This document shows, in pieces, positions 1-9,073 of a stretch of DNA of 64,000 nucleotides. Position 1 is the stretch's first letter; each line of letters starts with the position of its first letter. The DNA is from Candidatus Aminicenantes bacterium (GTDB lineage Bacteria; Acidobacteriota; Aminicenantia; Aminicenantales; Aminicenantaceae): NCBI GenBank assembly GCA_016783445.1, contig JADHWO010000004.1, positions 11,212-75,211 of the forward strand, written 5' to 3'. The notes beneath the pieces are model-generated. The model worked only from the letters and a program-made list of their open reading frames with translations, was not told the origin of the DNA and searched no databases. The translations under genes were made by a program, and so were the position numbers.

Positions 1-1158
1 GAAGAAGCACGTAATGCTTTAATCGAGGCGACTAACCTCAAAAGAAAAAACAAAGAAAAAATAGCCGTTGCCGTAGGATGTTATGTTGAAAGATATAAAG
101 ACTCCCTTGTAGAAAAATACCCGGAAATCGATATCTGGTTAGGAGTCAAAGATTTCGATAAGATCGTACAGGTAATCGAGGGCAAACCATTTAATAAATC
201 TAAAAATTGCTTCCTCTATGACCATACATCCCCCCGCCTTATTCAGACTCCCCCGGTATGGACATACGTCAAAATATCTGAAGGCTGTTCCCACGAATGT
301 TCCTTCTGCGCCATCCCGCTAATCAAAGGACCTTACCGGTCTCGTCCCATCTCTTCAATCCTTCAGGAAGTCGAAGAGCTCTCCCTCCGGGGAGTCAAAG
401 AAATAAATCTCATCTCTCAGGACACAACTTTTTTTGGCCGTGATCAAGGGCTGGAGGATGGATTGAGCCATCTCCTCCGGCAACTTCTCAAAGTAAAAAA
501 AATCGATTGGATCCGGATCCTCTATGGTTACCCTGAAGAAATAAGCGATTCTCTTTTAGAAATCATGCAGGAGGAAAAAATTTGCTCGTATCTTGATATC
601 CCCTTTCAACATTCAAATCCCCAGATCCTGAAAAAAATGAAAAGAGGAATGGACATGAGGAGGGCTCTAAAATTTATCCAGAAGATAAGGAAAAAGCTGC
701 CTGACGCAACTCTCCGGACATCCCTCGTAGTTGGCTTCCCGGGCGAGGGCAAGAGAGAATTTACCGATTTGAAAAAATTCGTCCATGAAGCAAAATTTAA
801 TCATCTAGGTGTCTTCACTTATTCAAAAGAAGATGGGACATCTTGCTCCTCACTCGGTGACCCTGTCAAAGAGGGTGTAAAAAGAAAAAGAAAAGAGAAA
901 ATCATGGAAATTCAAATGGAAATATCACAGAAGAACAATAAAAAATATCTGAACAAACACATTGATGTCCTGATTGAGGGAACGCTTAAAGAAAACTCAA
1001 ACATATTAATTGGGCGGGGAAAATTCCAGGCTCCTGAAGTTGACGGCAAAATTCTGATGGAAACAAACGGAAAATTATCTGAAGTGGTAAACACTATCCA
1101 AATGGTTGAAATCACAGGTTGGGATGTATATGATTTATACGGAAAATTAGCTCAATGA
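1..1158 (+). CDS. rimO: Ribosomal protein S12 methylthiotransferase RimO (5'-partial)
   Basis: Frame is open from base 1. It contains AVGCYVER, radical-SAM YVKISEGCSHECSFCAIP, WIRILYGYP, YLDIPFQH, GFPGE and the C-terminal QAPEVDG typical of RimO. The ORF-track start at 463 is internal. Confidence 0.92.
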   Translation, partial: EEARNALIEATNLKRKNKEKIAVAVGCYVERYKDSLVEKYPEIDIWLGVKDFDKIVQVIEGKPFNKSKNCFLYDHTSPRLIQTPPVWTYVKISEGCSHECSFCAIPLIKGPYRSRPISSILQEVEELSLRGVKEINLISQDTTFFGRDQGLEDGLSHLLRQLLKVKKIDWIRILYGYPEEISDSLLEIMQEEKICSYLDIPFQHSNPQILKKMKRGMDMRRALKFIQKIRKKLPDATLRTSLVVGFPGEGKREFTDLKKFVHEAKFNHLGVFTYSKEDGTSCSSLGDPVKEGVKRKRKEKIMEIQMEISQKNNKKYLNKHIDVLIEGTLKENSNILIGRGKFQAPEVDGKILMETNGKLSEVVNTIQMVEITGWDVYDLYGKLAQ

Positions 1159-1604
1159 AATCCTTGTCAAAAATTATTGCAATTTTTTTTGGTGTGGGCT
1201 ACTTTCCTGTCGCTCCTGGCACTTTAACAAGCCTGCTAGTCGTTGTCCTCTATAAATTCTACCTCTATAAATTAAGCTGGCCTTTTTATCTTCTGCTCGT
1301 TTTTATTCTCTTTTTTGTGGGTGTTTCGGTCTCAACAAAATATTCATTAGAGCTGAAAAAGAAGGACCCTAGAAAAATCGTGATTGATGAGGCAGTTGGC
1401 CAACTTCTTGTTCTCTTCCGGATGAGCGAAGCCTGGTTTCCTATTCTATCCTGCTTCCTCCTCTTCCGTTTCTTTGATATTATTAAACCTTACCCCATAA
1501 GAAAAATCGAAACCCTCCCAGAGGGATGGGGAATCATGATGGATGACATCATTGCTGCGGTGTACGCAGGCGTGATTTTTAATCTTTACTTGATTTTAAA
1601 ATGA
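1155..1604 (+). CDS. pgpA: Phosphatidylglycerophosphatase A
   Basis: Motifs GYFPVAPGT, DPRKIVIDEAVGQ, FRFFDIIKPYP and GIMMDDIIA. Confidence 0.93.
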   Translation: MKSLSKIIAIFFGVGYFPVAPGTLTSLLVVVLYKFYLYKLSWPFYLLLVFILFFVGVSVSTKYSLELKKKDPRKIVIDEAVGQLLVLFRMSEAWFPILSCFLLFRFFDIIKPYPIRKIETLPEGWGIMMDDIIAAVYAGVIFNLYLILK

Positions 1605-2875
1605 AGAACAAAAAGGACTATAAAATAGAGATTTTAGCCATTGGCTCTGAGCTTCTTACTCCTTACTACCAAGACACTAATTCTCTCTATTTAACAGAAC
1701 GTTTTAATGACCTGGGAATGGAAGTCTTTTATAAAACAATAGTGGGAGATGACTGGGACAATCTAGTTCTATCTATTAAGCAGGCTTTAGACAAATCAAA
1801 CCTTATTGTTGGCATGGGCGGCCTTGGCCCCACAAAAGACGACAGAACTCGAGAGGCTTTTGCCACTGTGCTTCAGAGAAAGCTCATCTTTAAAAAAACG
1901 ATTCTCAAAAAAATCGAAGAGAGATTTAATCGCAGAAAGCTTTCCATGCCTGCTGTAAACAAAAAGCAGGCCTATATCATAAACGGAGCAGAAGTCCTTG
2001 AAAACAGGAATGGTACGGCTCCTGGCTTATGGCTTGATACAGGGACTAAAATAATCATCCTTCTGCCCGGCCCTCCCCATGAACTTAAGCCCATGTTTGA
2101 ATCCTCAGTCTGGACACGCCTACAAAATTTCAGAACAGATTATTCGGTCCGTAAAATATTAAAAATTACAGGACTGACTGAATCCAAGATCGAAACTCTT
2201 CTCACAGACCTCTATCCCCGGGAGCCAGGTCTCAAGATCACAACCCTTGCCTATCCCGGCCAGATAGAAATCCACATCACCAGCCATTCAAAGCAGAGTC
2301 AGGACCTGGCAGAGAAAAAAACCCAAAAACTGATAAAAAACATACTTAAAAGGCTTAAAGAAAATGTCTTTTCTACCTCAGGTGAAGAGCTTGAGGCTGT
2401 GATTGGGAGGCTTTTAAAGCACAAAACAAAAACCCTGGCTACAGCTGAATCATGTACCGGAGGCTTTCTTGGCCACCGCATCACAAATGTCCCTGGTAGC
2501 TCAAACTATTTCTTACACGGCGTAGTGACCTACAGCAACAATGCAAAAATGAATAACCTGGGAGTTCCCTCTGATTTAATCGAAAAACACGGAGCTGTTA
2601 GCTCCCAGGTCGCCGAGGCCATGGCTAAAGGGATCAGAGAAAAAGCACAAGCAAGTTTTGGCCTTGCCATAACCGGAATAGCAGGTCCAACAGGTGGAAC
2701 CCCGGAAAAACCCGTAGGCCTAGTTTATACTGCCCTTGCCTGGGATAAAGAAACAGAAGTCTCAAAGAACCTTTTTTTAGGGAACCGGGAGACCATAAAA
2801 TTCCAGTCCAGCCAAAAAGCCCTGGACATGTTACGAAGACATCTGTTTAAATTCCACATAAGTAAAGAGGACTGA
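1601..2875 (+). CDS. cinA: CinA (MoCF-like domain + PncC NMN deamidase)
   Basis: Motifs IGSELL..DTNS, GGLGPTKDDRT, LPGPPHE, AESCTGG and AITGIAGPTGG. Confidence 0.93.
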   Translation: MKNKKDYKIEILAIGSELLTPYYQDTNSLYLTERFNDLGMEVFYKTIVGDDWDNLVLSIKQALDKSNLIVGMGGLGPTKDDRTREAFATVLQRKLIFKKTILKKIEERFNRRKLSMPAVNKKQAYIINGAEVLENRNGTAPGLWLDTGTKIIILLPGPPHELKPMFESSVWTRLQNFRTDYSVRKILKITGLTESKIETLLTDLYPREPGLKITTLAYPGQIEIHITSHSKQSQDLAEKKTQKLIKNILKRLKENVFSTSGEELEAVIGRLLKHKTKTLATAESCTGGFLGHRITNVPGSSNYFLHGVVTYSNNAKMNNLGVPSDLIEKHGAVSSQVAEAMAKGIREKAQASFGLAITGIAGPTGGTPEKPVGLVYTALAWDKETEVSKNLFLGNRETIKFQSSQKALDMLRRHLFKFHISKED

Positions 2876-2876
2876 A

Positions 2877-3443
2877 TTGAGAACTTTTATCGCTATCAAC
2901 CTCAGTCAGGAGATAAAAAAAACACTCTCCCACCTTATCGATGAACTTGACATGCTTGATAAAGGGAAGAAAAAAATAAGATGGATAAAACAAGAAGGCA
3001 AACATTTAACTCTTAAATTTTTGGGGGAAATCAGCCAGGAAAAAGCACTTGAAATTAAAAATGTTCTGGAAAGGATTTCAGAAAAATTCAAACCTTTTAT
3101 TCTTAAAATCAAAGGGACCGGCCGCTTCCCTCCAGGAGGAAAAAATCCAAGGGTGCTCTGGGTCGGGATCGAAGAAGAGAAAACCCTGTTTGCACTCCAA
3201 TCTCAATTGGAAGGAGAGATGGAAAAATTGGGCTTTCCAAGAGAACAGCGGAAATTTCGTCCTCATCTCACGCTTGGCAGAGTCAAAACTTTCTCCAGTC
3301 TCAGAGAAACGCTTCTTCTTATTGATAAATACAGGGAAAGAAATCTTGGAGAAATGGATGTGGAAAAAATCACTTTTATCCAGAGTGTTCTCAAACCAAC
3401 AGGAGCAGAATATTCTGTAATTTCTGAGGTCGAACTTAAATGA
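2877..3443 (+). CDS. thpR: RNA 2',3'-cyclic phosphodiesterase
   Basis: MRTFIAI start, two HxT motifs (HLTLKFLG, PHLTLGR) and PRVLWVG. TTG start. Confidence 0.9.
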   Translation: MRTFIAINLSQEIKKTLSHLIDELDMLDKGKKKIRWIKQEGKHLTLKFLGEISQEKALEIKNVLERISEKFKPFILKIKGTGRFPPGGKNPRVLWVGIEEEKTLFALQSQLEGEMEKLGFPREQRKFRPHLTLGRVKTFSSLRETLLLIDKYRERNLGEMDVEKITFIQSVLKPTGAEYSVISEVELK

Positions 3444-4030
3444 AAATACTTCTAGCCCTCCTATCTTATTTTTTTGGAGCCATCCCTTCGGGATATATCT
3501 TTTTTCATTTGAGCGAAAAAAAGGACATCCGAAACTTTGGGAGCCAAACTACAGGAGCTACTAATGTTCTCCGCCTTAAAGGCTTTAAATATGCTCTTCC
3601 AGTGGGTCTGTTTGATGTTTTCAAAGGGTTCCTGCCAGTTTTTTTGGCTTTAATATTATTTCAAGATAAACTCCTTGCGCTGGCTTGCGCTTCTTTAGCT
3701 GTTTTGGGCCACTGTTTTCCTGTCTTTATTAAGTTTAAAGGAGGAAAAGGCCTGGCGACCACATTTGGTGCTTATGCTGTATTAGCTTTTAAGCCTTTTC
3801 TTCTCAGTGTGGCCATTTTTTTAATTGTTGCTGGAATAAGCCGGTATGTGTCCCTGAGCTCGCTCCTTGCTGCCCTGAGTTATCCCTTCTTTATCTTCCT
3901 TTTTAAAGAAGAAGTTGAAATCGCTTACTTAAGTTTTGCTCTTTTTTTGTTGATTATGTTTATGCATCGGGGCAATATTAAAAGGCTTATTAAAGGCAAA
4001 GAAAGAAAATTAGGAGAGAAAGCCAAATGA
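3440..4030 (+). CDS. plsY: Glycerol-3-phosphate acyltransferase PlsY
   Basis: Motifs DIRNFGSQTTGATN, GHCFPVF..FKGGKG and HRGNIKRL. Adjacent to gpsA. Confidence 0.92.
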   Translation: MKILLALLSYFFGAIPSGYIFFHLSEKKDIRNFGSQTTGATNVLRLKGFKYALPVGLFDVFKGFLPVFLALILFQDKLLALACASLAVLGHCFPVFIKFKGGKGLATTFGAYAVLAFKPFLLSVAIFLIVAGISRYVSLSSLLAALSYPFFIFLFKEEVEIAYLSFALFLLIMFMHRGNIKRLIKGKERKLGEKAK

Positions 4031-5055
4031 AAGCAAGTGTAATTGGTGGAGGCTCTTGGGGAAGCGCTTTTGCACTTCATCTTGGCAAGCTTGATATAAA
4101 AACCCGGCTCTGGATAAGAGAAAAGGATGTTTATGAAGAAACGCTTCAGTTTAAGGAAAACAGAGCTTTTCTGCCCGGATTTGTCTTCCCTCCAACAGTT
4201 ACTTTTTTCCACAACATGGAAGAAGCCGTGGCATCTTCAGATGTCGTTTTTATTGCTGTTCCTTCTAAATTCTGCCGGCAGATTTATGAGAAGCTCGCCG
4301 CCCATCTTTCCTCCAATCATAAAATCGTCAGCCTTACAAAAGGAATTGAAGAAGGTTCTCTAAAAAGAATGAGCGAGGTCATGGAAGAAGTTTTTTCTCC
4401 TTTTTTTACCCCACATATTGCTGTGCTTTCTGGTCCAAGCTTTGCCAAGGAAGTTGTAGAAAACCATCCCACTGCAGTGGTTTTAGCCTCAAAAGAGGAA
4501 GACCTGGCTAAAAAAGCACAACATCTTATCTCATCTCCTACTTTCCGCACTTACACATCAGATGATATAGCTGGGGTAGAACTTGCAGGATCTATAAAAA
4601 ACGTCATCGCAATAGCAGCCGGAATTTCAGATGCCTTTTTATTCGGCAGTAATTCTGTTGCAGCTTTAGTAACAAGAGGGATTGCTGAAATGACAAGATT
4701 AGGGTTAAAATTAGGAGCCAAGATGGAAACTTTTGCCGGATTAGCAGGTATCGGTGACCTTGTGCTCACCTGCACAGGGAAATTAAGCCGTAACCGTTAT
4801 ATCGGTTTAGAAATGGGGAGAGGAAAAAATCTCCCTGAAATAGTCTCCGCCATTAAAATGGTAGCCGAAGGAGTAACCACGACTCTTTCTGTCCACCAAC
4901 TGGCAGAAAGGGAAAAAGTGGAGATGCCTATCTGCGAACAAATATATCAGGTGCTTTATAAAAATAAAGATCCCAGGACTGCTCTTCAAAACCTGATGGC
5001 AAGAAAATTAAAAAGTGAATATACAGCACAACAGGAGGAAATAAATGAGACCTAA
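4027..5055 (+). CDS. gpsA: NAD(P)H-dependent glycerol-3-phosphate dehydrogenase
   Basis: Motifs GGGSWG, TKGIE, LSGPSFA, KNVIAIAAG, GDLVLTC..SRN and AEGV. Confidence 0.95.
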   Translation: MKASVIGGGSWGSAFALHLGKLDIKTRLWIREKDVYEETLQFKENRAFLPGFVFPPTVTFFHNMEEAVASSDVVFIAVPSKFCRQIYEKLAAHLSSNHKIVSLTKGIEEGSLKRMSEVMEEVFSPFFTPHIAVLSGPSFAKEVVENHPTAVVLASKEEDLAKKAQHLISSPTFRTYTSDDIAGVELAGSIKNVIAIAAGISDAFLFGSNSVAALVTRGIAEMTRLGLKLGAKMETFAGLAGIGDLVLTCTGKLSRNRYIGLEMGRGKNLPEIVSAIKMVAEGVTTTLSVHQLAEREKVEMPICEQIYQVLYKNKDPRTALQNLMARKLKSEYTAQQEEINET

Positions 5056-5821
5056 ATTAACCATTATTTTTTTCATCTGTCTGAATATGCTTCTTTGTGC
5101 TTCACCTCAGAAAAAAATTGAAAAAGCGAGGGAGAAAGATCCTCTCCACCAGTGCAACATGGGTTTATTCCATCTGAACGAAGGAAATATCGATGAAGCC
5201 ATTAAATATCTAAATAAAGCTCTCTCGCTTAATCCCCGCTACGATCTCGCTTTAAATGCCCTTGGCTTGGCCCATTCTATGAAAGGAAATTTTGCAGAAT
5301 CTGAGAAGAATTTCCAGAAATGTCTACAAGTTAATCCTTCAATGACTGAAGCTCATAACTATCTTGGAACTGTTTACCAGGAGATGGGATTCATTGATAA
5401 AGCTGAAAGAGAATTCAGAATTGCCGCCTTAGATAGAAACTATAAATCAAGGGAGCTCCCTTATTACAATCTGGCAAGATTATACATTCTGAAGGAAAAG
5501 CTCACGGAAGCCCTCGAGTATGTCAATAGGTCACTCGAAATAAATGACAGTTTCCGTATGGCTTATAACCTCAAGGGAATCATTTTAGAAAGACAATTAA
5601 AATTTGATGAGGCGGTTGAATGCTATAAGGAAGCCCTTAAAAATCTTGAGGTTGGCATTAATCCTAAAGTTTATGTTGATATTAGCTTTAATCTCGGAGT
5701 GGTATATTTTAAAAACAATGAGTTTAAAGAGGCAAAGAAAATTTTTGAAAAGATCTCTTCCTATGTCACAGACCTTGATATGAAGGAAAAGATAGACAAG
5801 TATTTAAAAATGATCAAATAA
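5045..5821 (+). CDS. Secreted/lipoprotein TPR-repeat protein (PilF/PilW-like)
   Basis: Hydrophobic leader ending in Cys, then about six TPR units (e.g. AHNYLGTVYQEMG, AYNLKGIILE). Confidence 0.75.
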   Translation: MRPKLTIIFFICLNMLLCASPQKKIEKAREKDPLHQCNMGLFHLNEGNIDEAIKYLNKALSLNPRYDLALNALGLAHSMKGNFAESEKNFQKCLQVNPSMTEAHNYLGTVYQEMGFIDKAEREFRIAALDRNYKSRELPYYNLARLYILKEKLTEALEYVNRSLEINDSFRMAYNLKGIILERQLKFDEAVECYKEALKNLEVGINPKVYVDISFNLGVVYFKNNEFKEAKKIFEKISSYVTDLDMKEKIDKYLKMIK

Positions 5822-5840
5822 AATGGGGACGGTTCTATTT

Positions 5841-7097
5841 TTATGTTCCTTCCTGCCAACCAGCCAGATATTCCTTCTGCTCTGCGGTAAGCCTGTCAAT
5901 TTTCACGCCAAGAGTCTTCAACTTCATACGGGCTATCTCCTTATCGATCCTTTCTGGAACAGGATAAACTTTTTTCTCAAAATTCTTCCCCTCTCTAAAA
6001 AGATGTAAAACACTGAGTGCCTGATTGGCAAAACTCATATCCATAACTACAGCAGGATGCCCTTCAGCGGCAGCCAGGTTGATTAACCGCCCTTCAGCAA
6101 GAAGACAAATTTTTCTTCCGTTTTTTAAAGTGTACTCTTCAACAAAATCCCTTATCTGTCTTTTTTTCCGGGCAAGGTTCTCCAGGGCCGGAATATCAAT
6201 TTCGACGTTGAAGTGACCGGAATTGGCAACAATAGCACCATCCTTCATCCTTAAAAAATGATCCCGGCTTAAAATGCTTTTATTTCCTGTAGCTGTTACA
6301 AATACATCACCGATCTTAGCAGCATCTTTTATAGACATAACCTGATAACCATCCATAACCGCTTCCAGAGCCCTTAGAGAATCTACTTCGCAAATAATGA
6401 CCTTGGCTCCTGCACCTCCCGCTCTCATAGCTATTCCCCGGCCGCACCATCCGTAACCTACAACAACAAAATTCAATCCAGCAAAAAGAATATTGGTTGC
6501 CCTTATAATCCCATCTACCGTACTCTGTCCTGTTCCGTAGCGGTTATCAAAAAGGTGTTTTGTGTTAGCATCATTGACCGCAATAATCGGATAAAGAAGC
6601 ACCTTATTTTTAGCCATGTTTTTTAATCGAATTACACCGGTAGTCGTCTCTTCGGTTCCTCCAATAACACCTTTAAGGAGATTTTTTCTTTTTGAGTGCA
6701 GGGTCGACACAAGATCCGCTCCATCATCCATGGTTATATGGGGACCATGATCAAGAGATTGATTGATGTGTCTGTAATATGTCTTGTTATCCTCTCCATT
6801 TATAGCAAAAACAGGAATGCCATAGTGCTTTACAAGAGCGGCAGCAACTTCATCCTGGGTACTTAGGGGATTAGAAGCTGTAAGGGCCAATTCCGCTCCT
6901 GCATTCTTCAATACCTTCATCAAGTTTCCAGTTTCGCTCGTTACATGTAGACAGGCGGAAATTCTGACTCGCTTTAAAGGTTTCTCTTTGGTGAATTTTT
7001 CATTTATAAAACCCAGGACAGGCATGTATTTCTGAGCCCATTCCATTTTGAGCTTACCTTTCTCTGCAAGCTTCAAGTCTTTAACGTCGTGTTCCAT
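5841..7097 (-). CDS. ahcY: Adenosylhomocysteinase
   Basis: Motifs [46 protein letters not shown] and GHP..VMDMSF. Confidence 0.97.
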   Translation of the reverse strand: MEHDVKDLKLAEKGKLKMEWAQKYMPVLGFINEKFTKEKPLKRVRISACLHVTSETGNLMKVLKNAGAELALTASNPLSTQDEVAAALVKHYGIPVFAINGEDNKTYYRHINQSLDHGPHITMDDGADLVSTLHSKRKNLLKGVIGGTEETTTGVIRLKNMAKNKVLLYPIIAVNDANTKHLFDNRYGTGQSTVDGIIRATNILFAGLNFVVVGYGWCGRGIAMRAGGAGAKVIICEVDSLRALEAVMDGYQVMSIKDAAKIGDVFVTATGNKSILSRDHFLRMKDGAIVANSGHFNVEIDIPALENLARKKRQIRDFVEEYTLKNGRKICLLAEGRLINLAAAEGHPAVVMDMSFANQALSVLHLFREGKNFEKKVYPVPERIDKEIARMKLKTLGVKIDRLTAEQKEYLAGWQEGT

Positions 7098-7134
7098 TCT
7101 CCTCTCCTTTTAAGCCTTATTTGCCAACCGCACC

Positions 7135-8301
7135 TTAGAGTCCGGCATCCTTCCTCAGTGCTTCGTCTATATCAAGTCTTTCCCAGGTAAATTCTTTCTC
7201 TGCGCGGCCAAAGTGCCCGAAACAGGCTGTCTCTTTGTAGATGGGACGAAGCAAATTTAATGTCTGGATCATCTCCTTCGGAGAAAGATTAAAATGTTCC
7301 CTTATCATTTTTTTTATTCTATCCTCTGATATTTTTGATGTCCCGAAAGAATCCACCATTATTGAGACTGGATGAGGCACTCCGATAGCATAGGCGATCT
7401 GAACCTCTAATTTATCTGCAATACCGGCTGCAACTAAATTCTTTGCAACATAACGAGCCATATATGAACCTGAGCGGTCCACCTTAGAGGGATCCTTTCC
7501 GGAAAAACACCCTCCTCCATGGCTGCCGACACCTCCGTAAGTATCCACAATTATTTTCCGCCCTGTAACGCCTGAATCTGCAAAAGGCCCACCCCGTTCA
7601 AACCGGCCTGTTTCATTAATATAGACCTTAGTATTTTTATCGTACATTTCAGGCGGGATGATCTCTTTAATAACAATATCCTTGATGTCCTCCCTCAAAT
7701 CGCTCATCTTAACTTCATTGTTATGCTGGGCAGCAATCACAATGGCATCTACTCTTCGGGGTTTATGTCCTTCATATTCAACAGTGACCTGAGATTTCCC
7801 ATCCGGCCTGAGATAATTTAATGTTTTTTCCTTCCGAACCTGGCTCAGCCGCCTCACGAGCTTATGAGCAAGCATAATAGGTATCGGCATGAGTTCCTCT
7901 GTTTCTCTGCACGCATAGCCAAACATCAGGCCCTGGTCTCCAGCTCCTTGTTCACGATCTCCAGTTTCATTAACGCCTATAGCAATGTCAGGAGACTGCT
8001 CATGGATGGAAGAGACAACACAACATGTTTTATAATCAAATCCGTATTCGGCATTCGTGTATCCGATTTGCTTAACTGTGTCTCTGACAACTTTCTGGAA
8101 CTCGCAATAGCCTTCACTAGTTATTTCTCCTGCGATAAGAACAAGTCCAGTGGTTACTAATGTTTCGCAAGCTACTCGACTGTTGGAATCCTGTTTGATA
8201 AGATCGTCAAGTATAGCGTCAGAGACCTGATCACAAATCTTATCCGGATGTCCCTCTGTCACAGATTCAGAAGTAAAAAAATATTTTCCCTCTTTACTCA
8301 T
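7135..8301 (-). CDS. metK: S-adenosylmethionine synthetase
   Basis: Motifs [30 protein letters not shown] and [10 protein letters not shown]. Confidence 0.97.
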   Translation of the reverse strand: MSKEGKYFFTSESVTEGHPDKICDQVSDAILDDLIKQDSNSRVACETLVTTGLVLIAGEITSEGYCEFQKVVRDTVKQIGYTNAEYGFDYKTCCVVSSIHEQSPDIAIGVNETGDREQGAGDQGLMFGYACRETEELMPIPIMLAHKLVRRLSQVRKEKTLNYLRPDGKSQVTVEYEGHKPRRVDAIVIAAQHNNEVKMSDLREDIKDIVIKEIIPPEMYDKNTKVYINETGRFERGGPFADSGVTGRKIIVDTYGGVGSHGGGCFSGKDPSKVDRSGSYMARYVAKNLVAAGIADKLEVQIAYAIGVPHPVSIMVDSFGTSKISEDRIKKMIREHFNLSPKEMIQTLNLLRPIYKETACFGHFGRAEKEFTWERLDIDEALRKDAGL

Positions 8302-8347
8302 ATCTCACCTCATCTGAATTATAGGATGGCAAAATTGCGTAGCAGAA

Positions 8348-8376
8348 AAATTAACATAAAAAGAACTCATTTTCAA
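8348..8376 (-). promoter_or_regulatory. Putative sigma70 promoter of metK-ahcY
   Basis: Minus strand reads TTGAAA-N17-TAATTT, with TG just upstream of the -10. It lies ~45 nt before the metK ATG. Confidence 0.5.
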
Positions 8377-8388
8377 TGAAAAAAAGAC

Positions 8389-8926
8389 GGTTCTCTTCTA
8401 TTTTGTGCGGGCAAAACATGTCTTGATAGATTAATAGAAAGTGTTCGGGGATGGATGAAGCGACCTTTGAAGATTTAGCCTCTCTGAATCGCGCTTCGAG
8501 GAAACCCGACAGAGTCGGGCGGCGAGTATGTATAAGCTCAGACCAGTGGATTCAGAAAACACGCAACTTTTGCCCCAGCAATACAAACATTTAAATTTTG
8601 CGAAGGCCAGCAGGTAAAAAAAACCGTTTGAAGGCAAAGCGGGCATGGTTCACAAAATTGGGGACAGTCCCTATAAATACAAAAGGGACAGTCCCCATTT
8701 TGTGAGAGCGAAGCCTGAAACCGAGCAGCTTTTGACTCGCTGGGGCAAAAGTTGCGTGTTTTTGAACCTGCTGACCTGAGCTCTCCTTCAAACGGTTTTT
8801 TCCACCCACTGCCCTTCGCTTATGCGTTGAATAGACTGATGAAGGGATAGCGTGAAAAATCTGAACGGGAGCGAGACCATTCACAAATACTTACTGATTA
8901 ATACCCACACAAAATGGAAGAGAACC
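8389..8926. mobile_element. Non-autonomous MITE-like element, copy 1 (ISL3-like ends)
   Basis: 23-bp TIRs GGTTCTCTTCTATTTTGTGCGGG / CCCACACAAAATGGAAGAGAACC. 8-bp direct repeat AAAAAGAC on both sides (8381-8388, 8927-8934). No transposase ORF. Homologous to 34784-35286 and 36575-36965. Confidence 0.88.
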
Positions 8927-9073
8927 AAAAAGACTTAGACTACTTTTATTCAACAGGAGGGATCAACGCGCTACTTTCGTAAGAATATTATTTTCTATTT
9001 CCTTTTTACTTTTTTTCTCAATTTGAATTTGTATTTCAATTTATGTTATTTTTAAACCGCTTAAACTTGAGCC

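Noticed and set aside
8302-8388. SAM riboswitch upstream of metK
   Set aside because: The predicted promoter leaves only a ~40-nt leader with no SAM-I/II core. The structured DNA further upstream is the MITE, bounded by TSDs and also present at unrelated loci.
8431-8884. ORFs inside the MITE copies (also 34629-35244 and 36552-36952), recurring with similar peptides
   Set aside because: The similarity comes from the DNA repeat. Frames are rearranged between copies by the inversion and show no transposase motifs or RBS.
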